Positions 29,446-39,884 of a stretch of DNA of 64,000 nt are shown in pieces. This DNA comes from Bacilli bacterium (GTDB lineage Bacteria; Bacillota; Bacilli; JACDOE01). The notes under the pieces are model-generated. The model was not told the origin of the DNA, made no database searches, and worked only from the letters and a program-made list of their open reading frames with translations. How positions within the stretch are numbered: the first letter of the stretch is position 1; each line of letters opens with the position of its first letter. The position numbers and the translations under genes are program-made. Location of the stretch: NCBI GenBank assembly GCA_041686735.1, contig JAWLDF010000002.1:642-64641 (forward strand). The letters are read 5' to 3'.

Positions 29446-31116
29446 CTACATTTTACCAATCGCTTCAAGAGCCTGCTTTACGTCAACGAAATAAATCTTG
29501 TCGCCAAATTTTTTATCCCAGCCCGCTTTAGAAAGAAGGTCGCGAACAGGACCTTTAACACCTGCAAAATAGAACTGAACTCCGGCCTCGCCGAAATTGT
29601 GCATCGCTTCTTCCATTTCATCAATGGCTACTGCATCCACCGCATTCACAGCAGAAAAATCCATGATGAAGTACTTCAAGTCACGATTTTCATCAATCGC
29701 TTTTCTGACCTTTTCCTCGAGGAAGCCCATATTGGCAAAATAAATGGAAGCATCGATCCGCATGATCTTGGTCTCGGGATAGGTTTTGGCTTCGGGGAAA
29801 CGCTTGATATTTCGGAATACCCCTTCCTTTTCCAGATAACCGAGTTCTGCTGTATGGGGATAGGCACTTCTCCAGATGAATACGATCAGGGAGAAAGCCA
29901 CACCGATCAAAATACCCTGCTCAATTCCCAGGGTCAACGTGGCGATAAAGGTAAGAACAAGTGTCCAGCCGTCGATCGGTTTTACTTTAAACAGATGAAC
30001 CGCTTCTTTTACATCAATCAACCCGAATACGGCAACCATGATGATCGCAGCCAGTACCGCATTGGGTAGGTAATAGAATAATGAAGTAAAAAACATAAGT
30101 GTGATCAGAATGAGTACAGCAGTTATGATGGTGGCCAGTCCTGTACGGGCACCAGCCTGATAGTTTACCGCAGAACGGGAAAATCCACCGGTAACAGGAT
30201 ATGCCGAGAAAAATGAACCTGCAATATTTGCCAGTCCCAGTCCGTTTAATTCTTTATTCGAGTCAACCTTGTATTTTTCCTTCGCTGCAATCGCTTTTGC
30301 AACAGCAATCGATTCCATAAATCCAACGAACGAAATGGTAAGTGCAATGGGTAGTAGAACCTGGATTGATCCCAAGTCATATGCAGGTAATGAAAAAGCT
30401 GGAATACCCGAAGGTACTTCTCCTACAATTCTTACGCCCTGTTCATTTAGTCCCAGAAAATATACGGCCAGCGTACTTCCCGCTACAACAATCAAAGGTG
30501 CGGGAAAACGCGGGGCAAATTTTTTAAAAAGGATTAAAGCAGCAATACTTAATGCCCCGATAATAAATGTAATGATATGTGTTTCACCAATCCGGGTGAT
30601 CGCTTCCCACAACACATCAAAAATTGTATGGCCGCTGGAAAGACTGATACCCAACAGGTTTTTAAGCTGACTGAAACCTATTATCAATGCTGCAGCAGAT
30701 GTGAATCCACTGATAACCGCATGGGAAAGAAAGTTGACTAAAAACCCAAGTCGGAATACCCCCATAGCAAACTGAATCACACCAACCATGAGTGCAAGTA
30801 AAAGTGCATATGAGACGAATTCATTGCTTCCCGGTTCAACGCCTAAAGCGGATACCCCCGTAAACACCAGTAACGAAACCATGGCAACCGGCCCGACCGC
30901 CAGTTGACGTGACGATCCGAATAACGCATACACAATCAATGGAATTGTCGATGCATACAAACCGATGACAGGAGGCAAACCTGCCAGCATCGCATAAGCC
31001 ATCCCCTGCGGGATAAGCATAATGGCAACAATAAGACCTGCTGAAAGGTCCCCGCTCAGATCTTTTTTATTGTAATTTTTTAACCAGCCGAATGCCGGTA
31101 TAATTTTTTCTAGCAT
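29446..31116 (-). CDS. SulP-family anion transporter with C-terminal STAS domain (putative bicarbonate/sulfate transporter)
   Basis: GAGAGGAGTGG RBS 7 nt before MLEKIIPAFGW. Polytopic SLC26/SulP core plus STAS domain (..MRIDASIYFANMGFLEEKV..). Sits 18 bp upstream of the beta-CA gene. Confidence 0.85.
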   Translation of the reverse strand: MLEKIIPAFGWLKNYNKKDLSGDLSAGLIVAIMLIPQGMAYAMLAGLPPVIGLYASTIPLIVYALFGSSRQLAVGPVAMVSLLVFTGVSALGVEPGSNEFVSYALLLALMVGVIQFAMGVFRLGFLVNFLSHAVISGFTSAAALIIGFSQLKNLLGISLSSGHTIFDVLWEAITRIGETHIITFIIGALSIAALILFKKFAPRFPAPLIVVAGSTLAVYFLGLNEQGVRIVGEVPSGIPAFSLPAYDLGSIQVLLPIALTISFVGFMESIAVAKAIAAKEKYKVDSNKELNGLGLANIAGSFFSAYPVTGGFSRSAVNYQAGARTGLATIITAVLILITLMFFTSLFYYLPNAVLAAIIMVAVFGLIDVKEAVHLFKVKPIDGWTLVLTFIATLTLGIEQGILIGVAFSLIVFIWRSAYPHTAELGYLEKEGVFRNIKRFPEAKTYPETKIMRIDASIYFANMGFLEEKVRKAIDENRDLKYFIMDFSAVNAVDAVAIDEMEEAMHNFGEAGVQFYFAGVKGPVRDLLSKAGWDKKFGDKIYFVDVKQALEAIGKM

Positions 31117-31364
31117 CTTTCCGCCACTCCTCTCCGAATTTACCGCTACAATGATCATCAATCATTTTTTCTCTTCCTTTCGTGTAGACGATCTAATATG
31201 ACCGTATCATTTAATAAAATGACCATCCACCGAATTATTTATAATAAAAATTGAATTAATGATCAAGGCCCTGCTCTGGACAGGATACACTGATAACTTT
31301 CTTCGCAATCCATTTGTTGTAAAACCTCCCAATGTCCACTGCTTGTTTTAGGCTAAATCCACAG

Positions 31365-31386
31365 ATACATATACCCCTATATGTAT
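31365..31386. repeat. Perfect 9-4-9 palindrome ATACATATA-CCCC-TATATGTAT
   Basis: Inverted repeat 40 bp downstream of the gerKB-like stop and ~270 bp upstream of the SulP start. An AT-only stem is unlikely to be a strong terminator, so a protein-binding site is possible. Confidence 0.3.
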
Positions 31387-31425
31387 AATAATAATTTTTA
31401 AAAGTTTACTTGTCAAACATTGTGA

Positions 31426-32550
31426 CTACCCTCGGGTACTTGATTTCCTTTGATAAATTACATTTGCCAGCCACAAAAACGAGTGAATGAAAAACAGAGC
31501 GGGAATCAACCAGACAGATACATGAGTTAAATAATAAGAAAATTGATGGTCACTTTTGATTAAATTCATTGTGGAAATGATGACCGCTGTACTGAGTAAA
31601 TATGGAATTGACCATGAATATTTGCTCCACCCCATTTGTTGCAAACCATCGGTTAACACAAAAATAAATAATGCGATTTTTATCATTATAGAACCGAGAA
31701 TCATCGGTAACAGTAAAATTTGAAAATTGGAAATGAATTGTCCGTAAAAAATTTCCCGTGCCAGATAATAGATCGGCACAATCAGAGAAGAAGTCCGTTC
31801 AGCTCCGAATGTAATAATCAATGCCCATGCAATAAATGACATAATCAAAATCCCCTGGACAACCAGAAACCCCATGGTTTTTATTGCTTTTTTCTTGTCA
31901 TGATGGTCACGGCAATATGGCCAGAGCATGGAAATGGCCGTAAGCTCAGAAAACAAAATCAGAGGCAGGGAAGCACCCCTGATCACATCACCCCAGTTAC
32001 CCGGCCAGAGCGGGCGTCCCCGGTCCAATTCTATAAAAGGAATGTCAAGAATCATAATCACCAAAAGTAGCAGCAAAAAAATAGGCAATATCGTATCATT
32101 AACTCTCACCAGTATGGTGGCTCCGCCTGTGATCATATAAATAACAAGCAAATAGGCAATGACAATAAAAATGTAGGGATTGATGTAAATGTAAATGAAA
32201 TTAAGTTCGGTGATTCTTACTGCCTGATATGTAATCATGATCAACAGGAAAAATATCAATAATAAATATATTACGGTCACGATGTTACCCAGTGCCTTCC
32301 CCAACCGGGAACGCAAATTTTCAACAAGGGATTGCTTTGGATTCTTAATACTGGTCTCAACGATGATCCACAGCAGCAGCAGCGTTACGAGCCCTGCAAT
32401 CAGAATACTGAGCCAACCGGACTTCCCCGCTTTTTCCGCAAGCAATGTCTGCCCGAAGGTGATCCCCGTCGATAAATATACGGTGATCATCAGCCAGCCC
32501 AACTGCCTGAAACTAATCAGATCCGCTTTGTTGCGATTGAATTGTGTCAA
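31426..32550 (-). CDS. Spore germination protein, GerAB/GerKB family (APC-superfamily permease-like)
   Basis: 374 aa with 10 TM. Third gene of an A-C-B germinant receptor operon. Confidence 0.8.
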   Translation of the reverse strand: MTQFNRNKADLISFRQLGWLMITVYLSTGITFGQTLLAEKAGKSGWLSILIAGLVTLLLLWIIVETSIKNPKQSLVENLRSRLGKALGNIVTVIYLLLIFFLLIMITYQAVRITELNFIYIYINPYIFIVIAYLLVIYMITGGATILVRVNDTILPIFLLLLLVIMILDIPFIELDRGRPLWPGNWGDVIRGASLPLILFSELTAISMLWPYCRDHHDKKKAIKTMGFLVVQGILIMSFIAWALIITFGAERTSSLIVPIYYLAREIFYGQFISNFQILLLPMILGSIMIKIALFIFVLTDGLQQMGWSKYSWSIPYLLSTAVIISTMNLIKSDHQFSYYLTHVSVWLIPALFFIHSFLWLANVIYQRKSSTRG

Positions 32551-32564
32551 AAGATGTGCACTCC

Positions 32565-33746
32565 CTACTTATTCTCAATATTGGTTTCTGTTTTTTCAAC
32601 AATATCTCCTGTGTTCTCTACTTGCACATGGATTATTACATCTACATGGATCCGGGGATATATTTTTTCTGCCCACTCCGTTTTATACTGTTCCCAGTAT
32701 TTTTGATTTGCTTTTCGAACTTGATAACCGAGTCCAAGGATATCCGCTCCCATTTTCTGACTGACTTCAATCATGTGACGTACCCGTTCCTCAACATATA
32801 CTTCAAGATCCTTTTCAAACAAATGAATCGTCTGAGTTGTTAAAGGCATGCGGCTGTGGGAAATTTCCGAGATCTTACTTTCAATATCTACCTCGATCTC
32901 GATATTCTTTATATCTTTTCCCCGAAAATTGACTTTAATGTCCGGCTTATTCGTGGTAATATCATGATTCACATATACCTTGTAACGTTCGTTTTTCAAT
33001 TCGACGGCGTGGTCCCATCTGTCTTCCTTGACCCACATATATCCCGAAGATGCCTTTTTATCCATCCATCCTGCCAGTTTCCCGTGTTTTAATACCCCAA
33101 GCGTATTGGTTATATAAAAGGTTTCATGCCCACCTGCCGTCACATAATGTTTTTTCTTCGCCAGTCGAATCCCGTTGACCACAATATCCGTCAACGGGGA
33201 GTTCAAATCATTTAGAAGGTTATAAACCCTTACTTCACGAAAATTGGTGTGTTCACGACTGGGCGCAATGATTTCCTGGATATATCGACTGGGAGAATCC
33301 GTAAATTCAAAGGCTCTCTCAAATAACTCACGGGTGGTAATTCCTTTACAGATAAAGATGAATGGAAGTGTACTTGCTTCCGGTTGACGCTGGATAAAAT
33401 CAAGTACGTGACTGATTCCCTCCTCAGCCAGTTCTTCTCCTAAGATCACTACTTGCATATGATTCCAGTCAACATGACGGGGCACAAAATTACTGCTCCA
33501 GTGTACGGCAAAATCAATTGTATTTCCTTCTGTTTTAAGGATTGAAACCGGTCGCTCGTCCTTCTGGGCCCCCGCCCGTGCTTTACCGAGCACCGCAGGA
33601 TTTTGGATAAATGCTGTAACTTGAATTTTATTATCCTTTTTATCAAATCCCGCCATGGAAATGATGGCTTTTTCTTCGATCGACAGCGGAGGTGTACAGC
33701 CGGAAAGAAACAGACTCAGGATTATCATCAAATAAATCAAGCGCAT
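32565..33746 (-). CDS. Spore germination lipoprotein, GerAC/GerKC family
   Basis: 393 aa. Lipobox LFLSGC at the N-terminus. Ger(x)C family size and pattern. Confidence 0.8.
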   Translation of the reverse strand: MRLIYLMIILSLFLSGCTPPLSIEEKAIISMAGFDKKDNKIQVTAFIQNPAVLGKARAGAQKDERPVSILKTEGNTIDFAVHWSSNFVPRHVDWNHMQVVILGEELAEEGISHVLDFIQRQPEASTLPFIFICKGITTRELFERAFEFTDSPSRYIQEIIAPSREHTNFREVRVYNLLNDLNSPLTDIVVNGIRLAKKKHYVTAGGHETFYITNTLGVLKHGKLAGWMDKKASSGYMWVKEDRWDHAVELKNERYKVYVNHDITTNKPDIKVNFRGKDIKNIEIEVDIESKISEISHSRMPLTTQTIHLFEKDLEVYVEERVRHMIEVSQKMGADILGLGYQVRKANQKYWEQYKTEWAEKIYPRIHVDVIIHVQVENTGDIVEKTETNIENK

Positions 33747-33764
33747 ACTTGCAATCCATCTCCC

Positions 33765-35228
33765 TCATTCTTTATTAATCAAGTTGCCACGATCCATCAT
33801 TTTGCGCGGAACACGGATCAGGGTATCTTTAAAACCGGATAAATCAAACGGTGCCAGAGGTAACAAGTAAGGCATACCCAGATTTTCCTTACGGACCAGA
33901 TGAATAAAAATCAACATCAAATACAACAGGATGCCAACGATCCCGAAAAAGCTGGCAAGAATGATCATCGGATACCGCAACAATCGGATCATCGTACTGG
34001 CACGATAAACGGGAACCGCAAAACTTGCTATGGCTTCAAGTGATACCACGACAATGACCGTAGCATTTAAGATTCCCGCCTGTACCGCAGCCTGCCCGAC
34101 GACAATGGTTCCAAACAATGTAATGGCCTGACCGATATTGCCCGGTGTCCAGCGACTGGCCTCAATGACCAGTTCCAGTGCGAATTCCAATATCAGTACT
34201 TCGATCCATATCGGAAACGGAACCCCCTCCCTCGCCTGAATAATCGTCTGGATCATTTGAAAAGGCAAGAGTTCGTGGTTCACCATCGTTAGGGCAACGT
34301 AGAAAGAAGAAACGGAAAATGCCAGAACTGCAGCAATCAGACGAAACACACGAAGAAAAGATGCATAGATGGGATTGTAATAATGATCATCCGGGGCCAT
34401 AAGAAAATGGGAGATTGATATGGGCAACAGGGCTGCAACAGGTGAATTGCCTGTCATCAAAGCGACTCTTCCTTCCAGGATATTGGCCGCTACGACATCG
34501 GGACGTTCCGTATAATAAAAATTGGGAAAAGGGGAGAGACCGCGATCGATGATCCATTCCTCAAGATAGTGCACATCATTCAGATCCTTTACTTCCACTT
34601 TTTCCAGGCGACGCTCCACCTCTTTGATCAGTTGCGGGTCGGCTGTCTGAGCGACATATGCTAAATATACTTTTTTGTCCGAAGGGTGTTTGATCGTAAT
34701 CGATTTAAACCGCAGGTCATCTCGATCGACATATTTTCGAATCAGCGCGATATTATCAGAAAGCTGTTCATTGAAACCAAGGTGCGGTCCGAATATCACC
34801 TTCTCCGCTTCGGGTTCAGAAAACGCGCGTTGAGGCATTTTCCCGGTATTGACTGCGAAACCTCTCCTGTGCCGTTGTTGCAAAATCAGAGTGTACCCCT
34901 TAAGCAAAAGGTGACCGGCCTGTTGCACTTCGTCAAATTCCTTTGTATTATCGGCCGGTATACGTTCAGCCAGTTCACCGACAGAAAATTCATGACTCAT
35001 CCCGGTCAGGGTCTGTACAATTTGATCATTTATTTTTTTTAGATCCACCATGCTCTCGAGATACATTAAGATATACGGGGGGGTGCCGCCTGTATTTCTG
35101 TTTTTAAGATAATGGATCATGAGGTCAGGTTGTTCTCCGAGCCACATTGCGATTTCTTCCACAAAAGTTAAACGCTTTGCTTTATATTGTTTCTGCGGCA
35201 ATTTGAATTTGCGCCGTGACATCACCAT
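33765..35228 (-). CDS. Spore germination protein, GerAA/GerKA family
   Basis: 487 aa. Hydrophilic N-terminal domain and C-terminal TM bundle typical of GerAA. Order A-C-B as in gerK. Confidence 0.8.
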   Translation of the reverse strand: MVMSRRKFKLPQKQYKAKRLTFVEEIAMWLGEQPDLMIHYLKNRNTGGTPPYILMYLESMVDLKKINDQIVQTLTGMSHEFSVGELAERIPADNTKEFDEVQQAGHLLLKGYTLILQQRHRRGFAVNTGKMPQRAFSEPEAEKVIFGPHLGFNEQLSDNIALIRKYVDRDDLRFKSITIKHPSDKKVYLAYVAQTADPQLIKEVERRLEKVEVKDLNDVHYLEEWIIDRGLSPFPNFYYTERPDVVAANILEGRVALMTGNSPVAALLPISISHFLMAPDDHYYNPIYASFLRVFRLIAAVLAFSVSSFYVALTMVNHELLPFQMIQTIIQAREGVPFPIWIEVLILEFALELVIEASRWTPGNIGQAITLFGTIVVGQAAVQAGILNATVIVVVSLEAIASFAVPVYRASTMIRLLRYPMIILASFFGIVGILLYLMLIFIHLVRKENLGMPYLLPLAPFDLSGFKDTLIRVPRKMMDRGNLINKE

Positions 35229-35389
35229 CCTCCTCCGCCTTTTTTTTCATCTTCTCTTAAAAGAACTGAAATTATTCACCGGTCCGGAGCTTAGGATACA
35301 AACAAAATACATATTTCGTTAAAAAAGACAAAAGATATATAAGGGCTTGAATAAGTTCTCCCAACTATAAATCTAGAGGTGATTTAATT

Positions 35390-35743
35390 ATGACCAGTCT
35401 GGCAATGAAAATTGTGATCTGTCCAATCGCTGTACTTTTATCGTCTTACATATTTCCAAATGTATATTATCCCAATTGGTTTCAGGCAATTCTAGTCGGA
35501 ATTGTTCTAGCGGCGGGGGGTGTGATGCTTGAATATCTGTTTTTACGTGAGGGCACGCTCTGGTCCAGCAACATCATCGATTTCGTCGCTTCATTTCTTA
35601 TTGTTTATTTTGTTTCTCAATTTCTGCCCGGGGCGGTGGTCACTTTCTGGGGAGCTTTTTTGGTAGCATTACTGATAACAGTAACCGAACATTTTCAACA
35701 CACCTTTCTTATTCGAAGCGGAAGAACTCAAAAAACGGCATGA
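35390..35743 (+). CDS. Small integral membrane protein (DUF2512/YndM-like)
   Basis: 117 aa with 4 TM. GAGGTGA RBS 7 nt upstream. Confidence 0.5.
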   Translation: MTSLAMKIVICPIAVLLSSYIFPNVYYPNWFQAILVGIVLAAGGVMLEYLFLREGTLWSSNIIDFVASFLIVYFVSQFLPGAVVTFWGAFLVALLITVTEHFQHTFLIRSGRTQKTA

Positions 35744-35867
35744 TAAAAAAACTGTCCGGAATTTCCTTTTCCGAACAGCCTGTTGTTTAACTCGTTATCT
35801 CGTTTGAATCTTTTCGGCAATTCCCTGTATTAAAATAGACGGGTGTATTTCAACAACAGTATCCAAT

Positions 35868-36467
35868 TTAATCCCACGAAAATCTCTGCTCAAGCCAGGG
35901 ATCGCCATAAGAATGGTAACCGTTTCGTTCCCAGAAACCTTCTTTGTCTTCGGCCATAAATTCAATTCCGCGCAACCACTTGGCACTTTTCCAGAAATAA
36001 AGATGGGGAATCACGGCGCGCAGCGGCCAGCCGTGTTCAGGCGTCAGATCGACCCCGTTATGTTTGAAGGCAAGAAGACTGGTATCCCTCATAAAATCTT
36101 GCAGAGGGAGGTTGGTGGTCCACCCGTGTTCCGCATGTAGCATAACATAGTGAGCCTCGGGTTTAACAGTCACATGTTTCATCAAATCCCTGACCAGAAC
36201 ACCTTCCCATTTATTATCCAGTCTGGTCCATCCGGTGACACAATGAATGTCATTTTGCACCGTAGACCGGGGAAACTGTAAAAATTCCTCCCAGGACCAG
36301 GTTTTTTCTTCATCTACCAGACCGAAGACCCGTAACTCCCAGGTATCAAGGTCGATTTGGGGAACATCCCCGTAATGCAAGACTGGAAAGGTCGTCGTCA
36401 CCCGCTGATTGGGAGGTACCCGATCCCGAAGTGAAGATGGTTGTTCGTTTCCGTGATTCTTTTTCAT
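35868..36467 (-). CDS. yuiH: Sulfite-oxidase-like molybdopterin-dependent oxidoreductase (YuiH/MsrP-like catalytic subunit)
   Basis: 199 aa. IHCVTGWTRLDNKWEGV and PEHGWPLRAVIPHLYFWKSAKWL are molybdopterin-binding sulfite oxidase-fold motifs. Homologue of B. subtilis YuiH. Confidence 0.8.
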   Translation of the reverse strand: MKKNHGNEQPSSLRDRVPPNQRVTTTFPVLHYGDVPQIDLDTWELRVFGLVDEEKTWSWEEFLQFPRSTVQNDIHCVTGWTRLDNKWEGVLVRDLMKHVTVKPEAHYVMLHAEHGWTTNLPLQDFMRDTSLLAFKHNGVDLTPEHGWPLRAVIPHLYFWKSAKWLRGIEFMAEDKEGFWERNGYHSYGDPWLEQRFSWD

Positions 36468-36542
36468 CAGAAAAAAACACCTCCCTGTTCTATCCTTCTT
36501 CCTACCCTTATATTAATCAAACCTGCCCTTCCCATTCATCCA

Positions 36543-38939
36543 TTATGATCTGATTTTGATCCGTTTCAACCGTAGTGAATTACTTACGACAGAGACGGAA
36601 CTGAATGCCATCGCCGCACCGGCAATCCATGGGGCGAGGAAGCCCATCGCTGCAACAGGCAGGCCGATCGAATTATAAAAGAACGCCCAGAATAAATTTT
36701 GCCGGATATTACGCATCGTCATTCGGCTGATGTAAATTGCATCAGCAATCGAGCGCAGGTCTCCCCTCATCAGCGTGATGTCTGCCGCTTCCATTGCAAT
36801 ATCAGTACCGGTACCAACCGCCATACCCACATCGGCTACGGCAAGGGCAGGGGCATCGTTCATTCCGTCACCCACCATCGCCACTGTGTAACCCTTCTCT
36901 TTTAACTTTTTTACCTCCTCGGCCTTATCTTCGGGTAGCACTTCCGCCCGCACTTCATCAATCCCGACATCGCGTGCAATCGCTTCAGCGGTGCGACGAT
37001 TATCACCGGTAATCATCACTACCTTAATTCCCATCTGTTGCAGTCGCTGAATAGCTTCCCGTGATCCTTCCTTTACCGTATCGGCAACTGCCAGTATACC
37101 CGCCAGTTGGTCGTCAACCGCCACCATCATCGCCGTCTTACCTTCCAACTCAAGGCGGGACATTTCATCCTCAACAACACCTGTGTCGAGACCGTGTTGA
37201 AACATCAACCTTCGTGTTCCCACAAGTACCTTTTGCTCGTTCACTTCACCTTCTACGCCAGACCCGGTTAATGCCTGAAAAGCGTCTGCGGAGTGAAGTT
37301 CGATTCCCCGTTGCCCGGCTCCTTCAACGATTGCCTGTGCAAGCGGATGTTCCGATCCTTTTTCCAGAGAGGCCGCCATCTGCAACAGTGACGGGTCATC
37401 AAATCCCCGAAGAGCAATCACATCGGTTAAAACGGGTTTTCCCCGGGTAATGGTACCGGTTTTATCGAGCACAACGGCGTTGATTTTCTGGGTGTGTTCC
37501 AGATGTTCACCGCCTTTAAACAGGACTCCGTACTCGGCCCCTTTTCCCGTTCCCACCATAATTGATGTAGGAGTGGCCAGTCCGAGAGCACACGGACATG
37601 CGATCACCAGTACGGCAGTAAAGTTGATCAGTGCATGTGCAAAGTTGCCGGGATCAACAATGAAATACCATACCAGAAAGGTGACAATCGCAATTCCCAC
37701 CACGATCGGCACAAAAATCCCTGAGATTCTGTCTGCCAGTCGCTGAATGGGGGCTTTGGAACCCTGAGCCTCTTCCACAACCTTTACGATTTGAGCCAGA
37801 GCCGTTTCCTTTCCGACCCGAGTCGCTTCAATTTTTAATGTACCGTTTTTATTGATGGTCGCCCCAATCACAGGGTCTCCTTCTTTTTTATCAACGGGTA
37901 TACTTTCCCCCGTAAGCATCGACTCATCCACCGCAGAGATCCCTTCCACAACTCTGCCGTCCACCGGAATTTTCTCTCCCGGACGAACCAGAACGATATC
38001 ACCGATCACAACATGATCCACGGGGATCTCCTCTTCCCTGCCTTCGCGGATGACGAGAGCTGTTTTGGCGCGGAGACCCATTAATTTTTTAATCGCCTCA
38101 GAAGTACGCCCTTTTGCCTTAGCTTCCAATAATTTACCCAGTAAAATCAATGTGATTAAAAGGGCACTTGTTTCAAAATATAACTGATGATATTGTCCGC
38201 GCATGACCTGAGCCAGACTGAAAAAATAGGCGGCTGAAGTACCCATGGCAACCAGCACGTCCATATTGGCCGATCCATTTTTCAAATTTTTATATGCGCC
38301 GCGGTAAAACTGCCATCCGATCACAAATTGAACGGGGGTGGCGAGAATGAATTGGAACCACGGATTCAAAAATAAAGGCGGCACCCATTGTTCTGCAAAA
38401 AAATGCGCCAACATTGTCCATACTAGGGGAATGGACAGGATAGCCGAAATCACGAACTTATTACGCTGGCGTATAATCTCCTTTTGCCGGTGATCAACGG
38501 CTTCTTCCTCTCCATCCTGTTTCACCGGTTCAGCCGAATAACCGAGATCATTGATTTTCTGAATCATCTGCTCCACGTTGATGACAGCGGGGTTATATTC
38601 GACCGTTCCCCTTTCCATCGCCAGATTGACACTAGCTTGTATGACACCTTCCATACGGTTCAGTCCTTTTTCAATGCGGGTGGAACAGGCCGCACATGTC
38701 ATCCCCTGTATATTCAATTCCGCTTTTTCATGGACCACGTCATAACCAAGATCACGAATTTTTTGCTCAATATCATTTAGATTAACCCTGCTCTCATCAA
38801 ACATCACAGTCGCTTTTTCCATGGCGAGATTCACGTTCGCTTCCTCAATACCTTCCATTCTCGACAACCCTTTTTCGATCCGGGTTGAACAGGCTGCACA
38901 TGTCATTCCCTTAATAAGTAACGTTTGTTTGTTAGACAC
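36543..38939 (-). CDS. copA: Copper-translocating P1B-type ATPase
   Basis: 798 aa. Two N-terminal HMA domains ([15 protein letters not shown] x2), CPC transmembrane metal site, DKTGT phosphorylation site, [13 protein letters not shown] start. Confidence 0.9.
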   Translation of the reverse strand: MSNKQTLLIKGMTCAACSTRIEKGLSRMEGIEEANVNLAMEKATVMFDESRVNLNDIEQKIRDLGYDVVHEKAELNIQGMTCAACSTRIEKGLNRMEGVIQASVNLAMERGTVEYNPAVINVEQMIQKINDLGYSAEPVKQDGEEEAVDHRQKEIIRQRNKFVISAILSIPLVWTMLAHFFAEQWVPPLFLNPWFQFILATPVQFVIGWQFYRGAYKNLKNGSANMDVLVAMGTSAAYFFSLAQVMRGQYHQLYFETSALLITLILLGKLLEAKAKGRTSEAIKKLMGLRAKTALVIREGREEEIPVDHVVIGDIVLVRPGEKIPVDGRVVEGISAVDESMLTGESIPVDKKEGDPVIGATINKNGTLKIEATRVGKETALAQIVKVVEEAQGSKAPIQRLADRISGIFVPIVVGIAIVTFLVWYFIVDPGNFAHALINFTAVLVIACPCALGLATPTSIMVGTGKGAEYGVLFKGGEHLEHTQKINAVVLDKTGTITRGKPVLTDVIALRGFDDPSLLQMAASLEKGSEHPLAQAIVEGAGQRGIELHSADAFQALTGSGVEGEVNEQKVLVGTRRLMFQHGLDTGVVEDEMSRLELEGKTAMMVAVDDQLAGILAVADTVKEGSREAIQRLQQMGIKVVMITGDNRRTAEAIARDVGIDEVRAEVLPEDKAEEVKKLKEKGYTVAMVGDGMNDAPALAVADVGMAVGTGTDIAMEAADITLMRGDLRSIADAIYISRMTMRNIRQNLFWAFFYNSIGLPVAAMGFLAPWIAGAAMAFSSVSVVSNSLRLKRIKIRS

Positions 38940-39001
38940 TTTTACTCACACTCCTTGGGATGATGCTGTTTCTTCACCGAATTTTTTATCATCCGTCTTA
39001 C

Positions 39002-39019
39002 ATACCCCCAGGGGGGTAT
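39002..39019. promoter_or_regulatory. CsoR-type operator ATACCCCC-AGG-GGGGTAT upstream of copA
   Basis: Perfect GC-rich palindrome 63-80 bp upstream of the copA start, between copZ and copA. Matches the ATACCC..GGGTAT-type CsoR operator architecture. Confidence 0.6.
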
Positions 39020-39111
39020 ACTGATTACAAAAGAAGAGAGTGGCTATCCTGGCAGGTTCAGATGCACCTTAAACATAACCACTCTTGCCGGTCTATTGGA
39101 AAAACGGGCCT

Positions 39112-39318
39112 TTATTTTACATCATAACCCTGATCTTCGATGGCTTCTTTCATTTGTTCAAAAGTAACCAGGTTTTCGTCATATTCAACGGTGACCTGCT
39201 TCTCTTCCAGACTTACCTTTGCACTGGAGACCCCATCCAGTTTATTTAATGCACCTTCCACTGCTTTCACACAGTGACCACAGCTCATTCCTTCAACATG
39301 AATTTCGACTTGTTTCAT
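39112..39318 (-). CDS. copZ: Copper chaperone CopZ (HMA domain)
   Basis: 68 aa with MSCGHCVKAVEGAL metal-binding motif. Confidence 0.9.
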   Translation of the reverse strand: MKQVEIHVEGMSCGHCVKAVEGALNKLDGVSSAKVSLEEKQVTVEYDENLVTFEQMKEAIEDQGYDVK

Positions 39319-39339
39319 ATCTAAAACACCCTTTCTCTG

Positions 39340-39726
39340 TTATTTTAACAACTTCTTAATGGTGGTGAGAACTTCATCAATCACTTCATCATCGCCGGCC
39401 TGAATCCGTTCTTTCACGCAACTTTTCATGTGATTCTCCAGTAAAATGCGGCCGACTGAATGAAGAGCCGACTGAATGGCAGCCAGTTGATTCAACACGT
39501 CGTCACAATAAGTATCTCGATCGATCATTCCTTTTACACCCCGGATTTGCCCTTCAATCCGATTGAGGCGGGTGGTCAAATCCTTTTTTACTTTTTCGGA
39601 ATGATGGCTTTTTCTGCCGCTGCCGATATGACAGGCGGGAGAGATGTCTTCAGCCACCTCTTCCATGATCTCGGAGGTACCGGCGGTCGCCTGATCCACC
39701 AACTGATCCTGCTTATCCATCATCAT
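39340..39726 (-). CDS. csoR: Copper-sensing transcriptional repressor CsoR
   Basis: CsoR/RcnR family pattern LNRIEGQIRGVKGMIDRDTYCDDVLNQLAAIQSALHSVG with the Cu-ligand Cys/His. The start is at one of three tandem ATGs (39726-39718) after AAAGGGG. Confidence 0.85.
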   Translation of the reverse strand: MMMDKQDQLVDQATAGTSEIMEEVAEDISPACHIGSGRKSHHSEKVKKDLTTRLNRIEGQIRGVKGMIDRDTYCDDVLNQLAAIQSALHSVGRILLENHMKSCVKERIQAGDDEVIDEVLTTIKKLLK

Positions 39727-39752
39727 CGACCCCTTTCTTAATATGAAAGATA

Positions 39753-39779
39753 CCATACCCCTCCATAGTATGTAAAGGG
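39753..39779. promoter_or_regulatory. Second CsoR-like operator (TACCCCT-N13-AGGGGTA with nested CATAGTATG palindrome) upstream of csoR-copZ
   Basis: Inverted repeat 25-55 bp upstream of the csoR start, overlapping a TTTACA -35-like hexamer on the minus strand. Confidence 0.4.
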
Positions 39780-39884
39780 GTAAGGTGCGAATATATTGTG
39801 TTTGGGCGCTCCCCCACCCAAGAAAAAAAGCTGGAATGCAGCCTGATCAGACCTGCAAACCAGCCCCTTGTTGAATCCATTCAA

